In this document: one piece after another, positions 38,001 to 47,103 of the stretch
Position numbering within the stretch: position 1 is the first letter of the stretch
Layout: every line of letters begins with the position of its first letter
IMG/VR virus record: IMGVR_UViG_3300021964_010723
DNA: 64,000 nt
Source of the DNA: a virus
Taxonomy: Duplodnaviria > Caudoviricetes
Strand: one strand, 5' to 3'
Position numbers and translations under genes: made by a program
The notes under the pieces: model-generated
Told to the model about the DNA's origin: nothing
The model's database searches: none
The model's input: the letters and a program-made list of their open reading frames with translations, nothing else

Positions 38001-40070
38001 TTGAGCTGGAACAATTATAGGTAAAACTTCATAATATTTTCCAGTTGCTACCTTAATCAATGTATTAGTTTCTATCCTAGTTGGAATTCCTGTTTCATCT
38101 CCTGCTGCGATAGCAGTTGTAATTATATTTGTTAATTCTGTTATTCGAGCGTATACTTGTTCTACGTCTAAGTTTATGTTTTTATATTGTTGTACAACTG
38201 CTGTAGAATTATCTCCATTGAAAACTTGCCAACTATTTGTTCCTGATGTTCCTATTTCTAAAGGATCGGTTTGATTAACAACATTTTCCATTAATGCTAG
38301 CGCAAAATTAATACTTGCATTTGTTTCAGCAGCTTGATTTAAAAGATAAAAATTTGTTGCGTCATTAACATAACTTAATGCAACTTCTCTTACTCTTACA
38401 TTTCCTCCATGTGTTAAATCATGAATAATTGCATCTACGATAAAACCAATATCTCTTTCGCATTTTTCTCTATTATAATTGAAATTCACCGTAAAAGGTG
38501 AATTACCTTGTGTAATTTGATAATCTGTCCATTCTACAGTTTCTCTTTGTATGTAGATTCTATTTAGGTCTAATATCTGTCTTGCAGCAGGATATTTTGC
38601 ACCGTCTAGAATTTGTTCAGCAGCATATCTTATACTTGCCCAAGGAGATTCTATTGTTGTTCCTCTAATAGGCGCAGGTTGATCAACACCTGTAGTTGAC
38701 ACATAGTAAACATCTGGATTTTGTCCAAAGAATGTCCATTCGGGTGTAGCGTCTGCAGATACTCTTAGAACTTGTCCTTCTTTACCTATCGGTAATCTTG
38801 TAGGTCCTGCTCCACCGTAATATACTAGATCCCCCAATTGCTCTAAAGCATCTGTTTCTGAACCTATTGCAAGTACATTCCAGTATCTACCAGTTATGTC
38901 TAAATCTGGTCTACTATTTTCTGCTCCTCCTCCTGGAGGTGTTTTTGTTTCTGTTGAAAAATCATCATCATCACTTACGTGAGATTCTATACACACATAT
39001 GACGATTTATCATATCTAACAACATCACCTACAACATAATATCCATCATCTACCCATTGTCCTCTCCAGCGTAGACCTGTTGACATTAAGTCCCAATAGT
39101 CCTCCCAACCTGTAACTTCCCCAGGTTCAATAGCACTGTTATCAGCAGTAGCAACATAAACAGAACTTCCTACAGTTACAACATTTCCAGTTCTATATTC
39201 TTGAGCACTGTCTAATGCACCCCATTCTCCACTAAATGCAAAACCTTTTGCAAAAACTTTCCATGTTATAGCAGAGCTTGTTGGCTGTGTATTAATATTT
39301 TGAATAAGAGCTATATATTGATAACCGCCCCAAACCACAATATCGCCTGCTTGATATGTAGTTGTTGAATCCCACTCGTCTTCGAAGCTTACTCCTTCTA
39401 CAAATGTGTCCCATTTAAAATTATCGCTTCCAAATTCAGTAACTGATGTATGATATTCATTACATAGATATAATCCAGCTCCGTATTTTACTACATCATT
39501 GACTTTGTATCTAGTAGACGGCGTCCATAATCCTTTCCAGTCTATACCTGAAGTAAATCTATCCCATTTTGATAGATCATTTTCTAAACCAGAAGCATTA
39601 CTTGCTGCAGATAAATGTTCAGTGTTACATACCCAAGTCCCGCTACCATATTTTACAATTTCATTTGGTCTGTATGTGGTATTGATATCCCAATCACCTT
39701 TCCACTCTAATCCTGTAGCAAATACATCCCAATTTTCTATTTCGTCACCTAAATTTTGTTGTAAGTCGCTAGTAGATGTATGTACTATTTTACAAATGTA
39801 CAAACCAGCACCAAATTTAACTATATCGTTGTAAACATAATAAGTAGAATTTTGCCATTCACCTTTCCAGGTTTGTCCGTCAGCCATCAGTTGCCACTTT
39901 GCAGGAGCACTGTCTAAATCGTCATAAAATGACGGTAAACTTGTGTGTCCTAAAACACAAATATATAATCTACCTCCAATTTGAACAACATCATCTCTAT
40001 AATAAGTTGTGCCAGTAGTCCATGTATTTTTCCATACAAACCTAATTCTACCAAGTTTAAACTCTGCCAT
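32001..40070 (-). CDS. Giant virion structural protein (2689 aa): CBM5/12-like repeats, helical C-x-(R/Q)-D repeats, beta-helix and propeller regions
   Basis: N-terminal W....Y...D.V..G...Y.C repeats; SPYVQN.TTFG...NDFTQVISDGIG beta-helix-like segment; C-terminus paralogous to 40108..45549. Confidence 0.7.
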   Translation of the reverse strand: MAEFKLGRIRFVWKNTWTTGTTYYRDDVVQIGGRLYICVLGHTSLPSFYDDLDSAPAKWQLMADGQTWKGEWQNSTYYVYNDIVKFGAGLYICKIVHTSTSDLQQNLGDEIENWDVFATGLEWKGDWDINTTYRPNEIVKYGSGTWVCNTEHLSAASNASGLENDLSKWDRFTSGIDWKGLWTPSTRYKVNDVVKYGAGLYLCNEYHTSVTEFGSDNFKWDTFVEGVSFEDEWDSTTTYQAGDIVVWGGYQYIALIQNINTQPTSSAITWKVFAKGFAFSGEWGALDSAQEYRTGNVVTVGSSVYVATADNSAIEPGEVTGWEDYWDLMSTGLRWRGQWVDDGYYVVGDVVRYDKSSYVCIESHVSDDDDFSTETKTPPGGGAENSRPDLDITGRYWNVLAIGSETDALEQLGDLVYYGGAGPTRLPIGKEGQVLRVSADATPEWTFFGQNPDVYYVSTTGVDQPAPIRGTTIESPWASIRYAAEQILDGAKYPAARQILDLNRIYIQRETVEWTDYQITQGNSPFTVNFNYNREKCERDIGFIVDAIIHDLTHGGNVRVREVALSYVNDATNFYLLNQAAETNASINFALALMENVVNQTDPLEIGTSGTNSWQVFNGDNSTAVVQQYKNINLDVEQVYARITELTNIITTAIAAGDETGIPTRIETNTLIKVATGKYYEVLPIIVPAQCCVMGDELRSVTVYPRKVENGLTPTTDIKYTYAALDHLENILEDISQGITVNAELGNNEAQLTDWPIGSPSTALATTQLARVIKRFIDHGIGRKTEADFTASYALAEPVYGYAKENIFLNRDFIKREIQGFLDDQYETLSYSRTKCQQDVGYVIDAICYDLVYGGNWQTINAALAYYSGVTGILQINNTEITATLDAYGYLQSVLQNVAINNTIINPYQTEISQIITTNSANGTVSNTIFTLMNILITIVTDVNNLPAITYPDISTAQAGLISDYTNLANNYTYIQEYTIDFIISKFGNFTYRGEYCRRDLGYIHEAFVLDSTLKTNFWGIYTGYAYNRAQSSVVKQEQSQQELYGVGVVASEIITEYFNQNNADSTSAIQRINSSQNNLTTIFNDGDASAPAVSYHNIPGGIVTRESARNQIINNRDYIVDFTANANSYWQQLSTELQTKCKQDLARTLESWAFDINYDQTVNGDGCNIATLNVVRALYNNITGESVYGTSAERAASVQLYTSLATNVKQAFQNTLGGGSQPYTGPNAGATEDNKIDELRAIITDSITANDPTTVPAAIQPDNNWFSSDISTAVNAINAAKTYTINWALQQITSVYSGFDFDHEKCSRDIGLILDAARYDWCLDTNFASIVAAYSYARGPSAKVYGYQKEATIAANEYVRILAKNAVSEQAAKDKIDYTIDFVNDIIYGVNPEGNNQQTAEKDLHANSRILDLNKEFIVADVLNKVDNYHSDVITGITAADNTMTLATTQWLEVGMEVIITNADAFVFPETFTFNFADTYTIGRIVSATKIRLVDASNTLVQFDNDYTGLNLAIRTAYEYNRTLCTRDLKSIIHGMRWDLVYPQQWERRFATNSVLRQYDFTFNLPAYYKSKLSARYYVNSVLGSKEEDMYYLRNATGLRLQTVDGLDGDLDAGNLLGTQRPTAGAYASLDPGWGPDDESVWITTRSPYVQNLTTFGHAAIGQKIDGALHNGGNDSIVSNDFTQVISDGIGAWITNNGRAELVSVFTYYSHIGYLAENGGRIRATNGNNSYGKFGSVAEGVDPDETPVTAVVDNRFQFNADISNVNVTGDEIINVEFSHAGEAYTEAVINVFGAGINASTYTDEFRDRAVNRVEITDLTGDEEQFGGSGYLIVSNTAQTGTLTSLTLAATDGNPDTAYSGKQMRIFITGGTGVGQYAIIDTYSSGSKTATVVKNDETTPGWEHLNPGTPITAPNASSVYQIEPKITISAPPFTTTATTLSASQDTTDITWCYTSIEYVNPTLGLVVSDIGTGATFTVNRVGSKYIVAVTNGGANYKTGDSITIPGDQLGGMTPLNDLEIIASACDSTTGAILEFDQEGFGCSGDFIAVGDTSTSIEKSTDGTTWTNLSIGGSGQSGPAKIANAILYDGSSDIAVSSTIIVTQSTSQNQVFQSYDNVNWGAVALPNAYDSEPYITYGQGKFYLMFKGSRDVLVSDDEGNTWTQYADALPDQIGWVGITFGANRLVVALDDSNTIAYAEYQNPSLWTKVLLTDELLTPIVRNWSAITFGANRFAVVSQDQNDVIYSLDRGESWTLVDLPADGSTLGVSKDIKYAQGQFVVIDNLQGENIRTSIDCANWELRSVVAQAGNNGYNALGFGNPDLEPVWILKGSDVQTHVVRMTLGMQAFARPSIANEKIFEIRIVEPGSGYTSVPTLTLTDPNNIYDVTYTVKTGSGVLANPTFTNRGIGYEAASGNISATESNGYAEFDQSGIFVAVRRMSDVPVAGSNVVFDHLPNDVFKLVNVVTFLGANDGGYTGFLNLSPEMPSINVPPDKTALNMRIRYSQVRLTGHDFLDIGTGNFKSTNYPGVPFQDPYQPYETVESAGGRVFFTATDQDGNFRVGNLFNVEQSTGIATLNADAFNIAGLQELSLGEVTLGGSSATVSEFSTDPFMTADSDSVIPTQRAIKAYIEAQIGGGGASLNVNSLTAGDIFISTNLISTVTGASIQFNATANFLGGVTGIPLALNYFLR

Positions 40071-40092
40071 TAAAAATCTCCAATATTACTTA

Positions 40093-40099
40093 TATTTAG
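40093..40099 (-). promoter_or_regulatory. Late promoter-like box CTAAATA
   Basis: tatttag between the two giant genes, with a GGAG RBS downstream on the minus strand. Confidence 0.45.
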
Positions 40100-40107
40100 C
40101 TTAATTG

Positions 40108-43100
40108 TTAGGTATCAAAATTTCTCAAGTAATATGATAATGCTAACGGTGTTCCTTTAACACCTTTATTAGATACACCGTAAAAATCCATTCTTTTATC
40201 AAAATTCACTTTGAAACCTGTTGTAGTACTAATTATATTTTCAGTTGTTCCAACACGTACTTGGCCTGCTATAAGTTCGTTAGTTAAAACTTCTCCGCCT
40301 CCTGCACTAATTCTTTCTTGGATAAACTGTATGATAGCCCTTTGAGTAGGAACAACGTTGTCAGAATCTGCAAAGAATACTGGATCAGTTGAAAATTCTC
40401 TAATTACAGTTCCTGAACCTCCTAGTCTTACTCCGCCCAATGCTAACTCAGACAATCCATCTAATGAAAAGAAATCAGCACTAATAGTTACAATACCTGT
40501 AGCTTGTTCTACCGCAAATAATTCACCTGTTCTAAAATTACCGTCCTGATCTGTAGAGACATAAAAAACTCTTCCTCCGCTTAACTCTATTACTTCTTGT
40601 TCTGGTTTAGCTATAAAGAAAGCACCACCTGCGTATAATTCTGGATAATTTGTTTGTTCAAAATTTCCAGTTCCTATATCTAAGAAATCATGTCCAGTTA
40701 CTCTACATTGCGAATATCTTTCTCTTATTTCTACAGACCTACCATGAGTTAAAAAGTCTTTATTTTGAATTTTTGGACTTACCCTAATTTGAGCTCTAAA
40801 TGTATCTGCTAGGGTTCCGTCAGAGCCAAGAGGTGTAATTGTTACTAAAGTTAGAATCCTAAGGATTTCATCTTCTGGATCTTCGTCTTCGTCTAAAATT
40901 CCAGTTATCCGTAACTGTGCTCCAGGTCCTGGATAACGTGCTAAACCATCTATAACAAGGTCAACTTCATTTGATGGAATTATATCTGCAAATCCATCAC
41001 CTTCAATTGTAACTCTTGTGGTACTACTTCTATAACCTATACCTCTATTAATAAAAGACGGTTGACTAAGAACATTTAGTCCAAATCTTAAGGTAACAAA
41101 TGCTTGCGAAACCCATTGATTATCATAAAATATTTCTGTGCTATAGTTAACATTATCTTTGTAACCACTTCCAGGATCCCAAATCACTACTTCTTCTATT
41201 GTATTACTTGCTATTTTTGTTCTTGCAAGAGCCTGCTTTCCTGTGTCTATCAATACCAAATCACTGTCATTGTAAGAAATACAACAATATGTGTATGATG
41301 TATTTCCTGTGTAACCAAAAGATATTGCATTCCATCTGTTGGTACCTAAAGGTAGTTCTTCTGTTCTCCAATTTATGCCGTCCTCAGATATTCCAATTAA
41401 ATTTCCTTCGTAAGCTGTAGTTAAAAAATAAAGGCCATTGCCTTGTGATATTTTAGTCCAGTTACCTAAAGGTAAATTATCATAAACTGTCCATGTTTCT
41501 AGAGTTTCTGTAATACATGAAACAATCAAATTATCGATTGTTAATGCTGAAATGTGCCCAGCTAAATAAATCATGTTTCTAAATTCACAAGGATTAGATG
41601 TGTTAGGATTAACTGGTATTATATTGCCGGTAACTGTCCATGTTAAAACACCATTTTCATACACACCTGTTGCAATTGCTTCTGCATCAGATAATGCAAT
41701 AAATTTATCATAACCGTAAGTAATTACTGTCCAGTCTGTAGTTATTGCATTTGTTAACAAGCTTGTTGACCACGTAGTTCCGTTAGTGCTGTAATACGAG
41801 GTATTAGAATTTGTCAAAATTACAAAAACTCCATCTCCATATGCAATGTCTTTTATGTTTAACGACGAAGGTAAAACAACACTACTCCAAGCAGTTGCAG
41901 TTGTCGATCTTGCTATAATACTTGATTGTCCTGTTGGAATAGCTAAAAATATTCCGTCACCGTTTATTACTTTATTCCATGTCTGTATAGTTGGTAGTGT
42001 ATACTCTGACCAATTTACTCCATCTACAGATACACTAACAAAATTTCCATCCGAAATAACTACAAATTTTCCTGGTAAACCTAAGCCGTCAAAATCAAAC
42101 GCAACAATACTTGCCGTACTATCATCTGTAACTTCTGTTATTTTAATATTGAGATCATTTTCTTCATCATTTCCGCCTATTGATGATCCAACAATTGTAT
42201 ATGTTTCTCCAACTGCATAACCTGCACCAGGATCATCTAAAGCAACTGAGTAGACAGATCCTGTTTTTGTAATTGTTAAAGCAGCTCTAGCAGCAACAAC
42301 ACCATCAGTCTCACCTTCTCCAAAATCTAAAGATATTAAAAATTGTTCGGTAGTAATTCCCCATGTGATATCTGTCCATAATTTTGATTGACCGATAGAT
42401 GATAAAGTAGTATCATATCCTGGGTGTGGTATTGTAACACGAGGTTCTATAGAATATGTAGTGCTTGCTGTTAATAATGGTTCTATAACTGTTCCTGGCA
42501 CTATGTGATCAAAACCTAATGTGTCATCGCTTTCTTTGTAGATAGTAGCAGTCCTATAATCAACACTATTTTCATCGTCATCGTATGCTTGAATATAGCC
42601 ATATTGACCTGTTCCTGGTCCAGATGTAATAACTAATCTTTGTCCAACATAATCTTCTGCTGTGCGCAAATCAGTTGCTGAAAGTAAAATGGTTGAATCA
42701 GTACCTTCTTGTGCATTATTTTTAACATTTGTATAACCTAATCCTCCAATACGTGTACTATCTTGCGGTTCTAATAATCTAATTTGTTTAATGCCACCTT
42801 GCCTAAAATTATCATATTTAGTATTAACAAAATTACCAGCTCCTACTACAGTTGCTGTAGCATTTAAATAATTTTCTCCACAATGACTATATTCAAATAT
42901 AAGTAACCGATCTAATTCTCCGGTATCGTCTGAAATTTCTCCTGCAAAAGCAGAGTAAACTGATGCTTGTGTAGTCCGATTGTTTACTGTTGCAGTTTGT
43001 GGTGTTTCAGCATCATCTATTCCTATAGCTACACTGCCGTATTCTCCATAACTGTTATTTCCATTTGTAGCTCGTATTGTTCCTCCGTTTTCTGCCATAT

Positions 43101-45549
43101 ACCCAACGAAACAATAATATGTAAATACCGATACTAGCTCTACTCTGCCTCTGTTGAGTATATATGCTCCTATTCCGTCACTAATCACTTGCGTAAAGTC
43201 ATTTGCTACAAGTGATCGATTACCACCATTGTGTAAGTCTCCGTCTATATGAGCCCCAATACAACCTACCCCTATAGTAGTTACGCCCTGGATATATGGA
43301 GAACGATTTTGAATCCATACAGATTGATCATCTGGTCCCCATCCAGGATCTAAACTAACAAAAGCACCTCCCGAAACTCGTGTGGTTTGAATTTGGGAAC
43401 GTTCCCCTGTAATTGTTCCTGTTAAGCCTTCTGTTGTACAATTTCTTACTCCAGTAATATCTCTAACTAGGAACATGTTTTCTTTTTCTGATCCAATAAT
43501 ACCATTTACATACAAATTTGAGTATCTTTGAGTTTTGTAATTACCTTCATATCTAAAATCATATTCGTAAGCTTCGAGAAAAAGTAACATGTCTTTTACT
43601 AATTTGTCTTCATCAATAGGTACTATTGATATTGATTTACTGTAAATCATACATTCAGTAGCTAAGTAATTTGCGTTATCTCGTATTAAACCCGCTGCAA
43701 GTATAAATTCATTATTTGCTAAATTATTACTTCCTGTAATTGTAATATTGGTATTTTCACCTTGTAATAATAATTCTATGCTGTCCGTAATTTCGTCTGT
43801 TAAATTAGCATAATAATTTATTAACTCTTGTTCATTATTGAACTGAGCTGATAACGTTACTGGAGTAAAAGGATTATCATCGTGTGTATCTGGTAAATTG
43901 CCTGCTATTATTGTTGTAAATAACGATCGTCCATATGCAAGACTATTATATATAACAGTCGAATTATTTTCTCCTGCACCTTTTGCAACTATGTTAGTAG
44001 ATCTTAATTCGTCTCCCATTACTACTGTCATTTTAGGCACAACTATTGGTAATATTTCTTCATATCGACCAGTACTCACAGAAATTTTACAAGGCATTAT
44101 GTTCCTTGTTTCTACAAATCTACATGCATAATTGATTGTTTTAAAAGGATGATAAGGATCTAAACCTCTATCCGATGCATCAACACCAGTAGGTGTTACG
44201 TAAACAACTGTGGTTTCTGTTTGGTGTATAGTCCTCCAAAAAACACTCGATTCTTGATTTATAGATAATAATTGATCGTAGTCTCCAATATTAACTGCAG
44301 TAGGTCCAATTGTACTTGTGTCGCCTACAAATTCTCTTTGGAAATCATATGTTAATAAATCGCCAGGATTGTTCATACCAGCTTCGCTACCGCTTTGAAC
44401 AACTAAATCCCAATAAAAAAATCCTTTACCATTATCGCCAGGAATATTTACTATTGCTGAAATATGTGTTGTATTGCATCTCCATGTTTCACCTAAAAAA
44501 TAAACTAAATCATTAATCACATATCTAGTTTGATTTTTCCAAAAATTTGTCCATTTTTGACCCGGTATAAACAGTTTCCAAGAATTTACATCTTCGAGAT
44601 CGTCATACGAAGGATCTGCACCTGTAACTCGGACTGCTCTATATACTTGACCACCTGCTTTAGCTAAATCTCCAGGTTTATAAGCCTGTTCAACACTGAA
44701 TTCTCCAGTAAATGCTACTGATGCGAGTAAAATTTCCCAATAAGATATACTATCATCATTAGACGCCGGTGAAACAGCATAGTTTTCAACTAAACATATA
44801 TACAATGTACCACCAAAATTAACAATATCTCCTACACCATAATATACAGTTTCGTCCCAAACATCTGCAAAAACATAACCAGGTACAACTAATTCAAATT
44901 TATGTCGGTCAATTTCATTACCACTAATGTGAGATTCTAGTACTACATATATACTACCGCCAAAATTTACATAGTCATTTTTCTTATAAAAAGTGCTAGC
45001 TTCAAAATCTCCTACAAACATGTTACTATCTGTAAACAACGTCCAGTCATTAATATTATTTTCTAAAAAATTGCTCGATGTATGAGAAATCACACATTTA
45101 TAATTAAGTCCATTATATTTTACAATAGCTCCAGCACCGTATTCTTTATTTGCAATCCATTCTTTTACATATTCTTGTCCACTAACAAAAAGCTGCCAAT
45201 TATTATTATCATTTACAAATGTAGTAGAATAGTGTCCTGATATAGCAAGCCAAAGAGATCCGTCAAATAATACAATATCTCCTTCTTCATACTGTTGATT
45301 ATTAGTCCATCTTCCTACAAATGATTGCCCGCCAGTCATCAAAATCCAATAAGGATCTGGAACTGGTGGAGAACTTTCTGGAATCGTTGCTTTTAGATCA
45401 ATGTTAAAATCTGCATTAGAAACATGCTGTTTGATACACACATAACTTTTACTGTTTACATTAACAACATCATCTCTGTTATAAGTAGTCCCTGGTAACC
45501 ATGGACCTGTCCAATTATACTTAAATCTTTCTAGTTTAAATTCTGACAT
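40108..45549 (-). CDS. Large virion structural protein (1813 aa), paralogue of 32001..40070
   Basis: M.EFKL.R....W...W start, W...Y..GD.V repeats, and shared SLDPGWGPDD.SVWI..RSPY, TGHDFLDIGTGNF and TDQDGNFR.G motifs. Confidence 0.7.
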   Translation of the reverse strand: MSEFKLERFKYNWTGPWLPGTTYNRDDVVNVNSKSYVCIKQHVSNADFNIDLKATIPESSPPVPDPYWILMTGGQSFVGRWTNNQQYEEGDIVLFDGSLWLAISGHYSTTFVNDNNNWQLFVSGQEYVKEWIANKEYGAGAIVKYNGLNYKCVISHTSSNFLENNINDWTLFTDSNMFVGDFEASTFYKKNDYVNFGGSIYVVLESHISGNEIDRHKFELVVPGYVFADVWDETVYYGVGDIVNFGGTLYICLVENYAVSPASNDDSISYWEILLASVAFTGEFSVEQAYKPGDLAKAGGQVYRAVRVTGADPSYDDLEDVNSWKLFIPGQKWTNFWKNQTRYVINDLVYFLGETWRCNTTHISAIVNIPGDNGKGFFYWDLVVQSGSEAGMNNPGDLLTYDFQREFVGDTSTIGPTAVNIGDYDQLLSINQESSVFWRTIHQTETTVVYVTPTGVDASDRGLDPYHPFKTINYACRFVETRNIMPCKISVSTGRYEEILPIVVPKMTVVMGDELRSTNIVAKGAGENNSTVIYNSLAYGRSLFTTIIAGNLPDTHDDNPFTPVTLSAQFNNEQELINYYANLTDEITDSIELLLQGENTNITITGSNNLANNEFILAAGLIRDNANYLATECMIYSKSISIVPIDEDKLVKDMLLFLEAYEYDFRYEGNYKTQRYSNLYVNGIIGSEKENMFLVRDITGVRNCTTEGLTGTITGERSQIQTTRVSGGAFVSLDPGWGPDDQSVWIQNRSPYIQGVTTIGVGCIGAHIDGDLHNGGNRSLVANDFTQVISDGIGAYILNRGRVELVSVFTYYCFVGYMAENGGTIRATNGNNSYGEYGSVAIGIDDAETPQTATVNNRTTQASVYSAFAGEISDDTGELDRLLIFEYSHCGENYLNATATVVGAGNFVNTKYDNFRQGGIKQIRLLEPQDSTRIGGLGYTNVKNNAQEGTDSTILLSATDLRTAEDYVGQRLVITSGPGTGQYGYIQAYDDDENSVDYRTATIYKESDDTLGFDHIVPGTVIEPLLTASTTYSIEPRVTIPHPGYDTTLSSIGQSKLWTDITWGITTEQFLISLDFGEGETDGVVAARAALTITKTGSVYSVALDDPGAGYAVGETYTIVGSSIGGNDEENDLNIKITEVTDDSTASIVAFDFDGLGLPGKFVVISDGNFVSVSVDGVNWSEYTLPTIQTWNKVINGDGIFLAIPTGQSSIIARSTTATAWSSVVLPSSLNIKDIAYGDGVFVILTNSNTSYYSTNGTTWSTSLLTNAITTDWTVITYGYDKFIALSDAEAIATGVYENGVLTWTVTGNIIPVNPNTSNPCEFRNMIYLAGHISALTIDNLIVSCITETLETWTVYDNLPLGNWTKISQGNGLYFLTTAYEGNLIGISEDGINWRTEELPLGTNRWNAISFGYTGNTSYTYCCISYNDSDLVLIDTGKQALARTKIASNTIEEVVIWDPGSGYKDNVNYSTEIFYDNQWVSQAFVTLRFGLNVLSQPSFINRGIGYRSSTTRVTIEGDGFADIIPSNEVDLVIDGLARYPGPGAQLRITGILDEDEDPEDEILRILTLVTITPLGSDGTLADTFRAQIRVSPKIQNKDFLTHGRSVEIRERYSQCRVTGHDFLDIGTGNFEQTNYPELYAGGAFFIAKPEQEVIELSGGRVFYVSTDQDGNFRTGELFAVEQATGIVTISADFFSLDGLSELALGGVRLGGSGTVIREFSTDPVFFADSDNVVPTQRAIIQFIQERISAGGGEVLTNELIAGQVRVGTTENIISTTTGFKVNFDKRMDFYGVSNKGVKGTPLALSYYLRNFDT

Positions 45550-45552
45550 CTG

Positions 45553-45927
45553 TTAATAACCTTCTGTAGATACACCTTCTTCATATGTGTGAGTTGCATT
45601 AATTTTGATAGATAATCTACCATTATCGTCAACATAATAACTTAAAAAACGATTATCCCATTTAAACTGAGGATATCGTAAATTTGAATATTCTATTTCA
45701 TGATTTACAGTTACACCTTCTAAATAATCAATGCCTTCTTCAAAGAAAGGATAATTATCTTCACCTGCACCTATGTCATTTATTATTAACGCATCATCGT
45801 CTGTCCCTAGTTGATCAACTATTACAAAATACAATTCTCCGTCTTGATTTCTACGCAACCCATAAAAATATCTTTTTATAAAACTTTGATTAATATCTGA
45901 CGGTGTAATTCCAATAAAATATGACAT
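45553..45927 (-). CDS. Hypothetical protein
   Basis: 124-aa ORF in the operon; FYGLRRN.DGELY and YPQFKWDNR.L.YYVD..G.L motifs. Confidence 0.6.
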   Translation of the reverse strand: MSYFIGITPSDINQSFIKRYFYGLRRNQDGELYFVIVDQLGTDDDALIINDIGAGEDNYPFFEEGIDYLEGVTVNHEIEYSNLRYPQFKWDNRFLSYYVDDNGRLSIKINATHTYEEGVSTEGY

Positions 45928-45940
45928 AAAAAAATCCTTT

Positions 45941-46261
45941 TTAAACCGTTACATAACTTATTAAAACATCTAATGATTGTTCAACGCTTGATTGAACATA
46001 AATTGTATTTGACGGAACTAAGACTAATTTTTCTCCAGTAGAAATTAATCTTAAACTTGTACCTGATGCAATTATAGTGTTTTTTAAATAATGAACTGTT
46101 ATATTATTTTCATTCTCTAATAAAACTGTTGCACTTACTGCTGTATTTGTTACGTTAGTAATAGCAAGGCCTATTACAGTTGTTTTTTTTGTAGATTGTA
46201 AAACATTTACTGGTGTTTTACCTATAAGTTCAACACTATTATTTTTAATGTCTAAAGCCAT
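45941..46261 (-). CDS. Small beta-sandwich virion protein (family member 2)
   Basis: TTVIGL.ITNV...GEKLVL...N.I.V.S pattern. Confidence 0.55.
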   Translation of the reverse strand: MALDIKNNSVELIGKTPVNVLQSTKKTTVIGLAITNVTNTAVSATVLLENENNITVHYLKNTIIASGTSLRLISTGEKLVLVPSNTIYVQSSVEQSLDVLISYVTV

Positions 46262-46292
46262 GAATATCTTTCATTAAAAAGCAATTATGTAT

Positions 46293-46300
46293 TATTTATC
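46293..46300 (-). promoter_or_regulatory. Late promoter-like box GATAAATA
   Basis: tatttatc in the 85-bp intergenic gap. Confidence 0.5.
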
Positions 46301-46346
46301 TAAAGATTTTTATATACAATCTTGTATATTTAAAGTGCCTATTTTT

Positions 46347-47096
46347 TTATATACCCAAACGGGTCTTATTATCTTTATAAAAATCTTTATGAATTTGATA
46401 CATTTCTTCTAAAAAATTGTGTAAATGTTTTACATTAGGTGTTTTACCTTGTTGTAATAATTCGTCGCAACTTTTAATGTAATTAAACACATAAAATTTA
46501 GCAGTCATTGGATGAATACCCCATTGTTCCAAATGTCCAAATGTTCCACGAGTAATAACTCCATGTTGGCTTACATCTTGGACAGCCTGCTTGAATGCTG
46601 TTTTTATATGATCTTCTATACTAGCTCGGTCCATGGCATCATCAGTTATCTCATCAGGTATGTTAAATGTTTCTTTCATTCTAATTGCTGCATTATTATA
46701 ATGCGATATTTCAGATATTGCATTTTGAACATATCCTTCTAATTTTACATAATCAGTTTGATGTTTTAATAGTTTTACTTCTTCTAATTTTGTTAAACTA
46801 TTTTTTGCAGATAATTTATCAATTTTAATTTTAAGTTTTTGTAGATTAAAAAAACTGTCTAAAGCTCCTTCTAAACGACTGTTCATTTGACTAAAACATT
46901 GTTTATACCAAATTAATACACTGTCTCCGCTAAAAAGTAAATTTCCTATTTCTAATTCATGTTTGGTTTGCGGTGTGCCTATAGTCCTTTTCATTAGTTC
47001 AACTTTGTTGAGCATTGGAGCTAATGATTCTTGTAACTGTGCTAAATTTTTTTCTAAATTTTCTAGTTGAAATTTTTTCTTTTCGATTAAATCCAT
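46347..47096 (-). CDS. Coiled-coil hypothetical protein (probable start 47096)
   Basis: Helical Lys/Glu-rich sequence with EQWGIHP. The ATG at 47096 follows AAGGG just after the upstream stop; the ORF-track start at 47165 overlaps the upstream gene. Confidence 0.55.
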   Translation of the reverse strand: MDLIEKKKFQLENLEKNLAQLQESLAPMLNKVELMKRTIGTPQTKHELEIGNLLFSGDSVLIWYKQCFSQMNSRLEGALDSFFNLQKLKIKIDKLSAKNSLTKLEEVKLLKHQTDYVKLEGYVQNAISEISHYNNAAIRMKETFNIPDEITDDAMDRASIEDHIKTAFKQAVQDVSQHGVITRGTFGHLEQWGIHPMTAKFYVFNYIKSCDELLQQGKTPNVKHLHNFLEEMYQIHKDFYKDNKTRLGI

Positions 47097-47103
47097 GTGT
47101 CCC

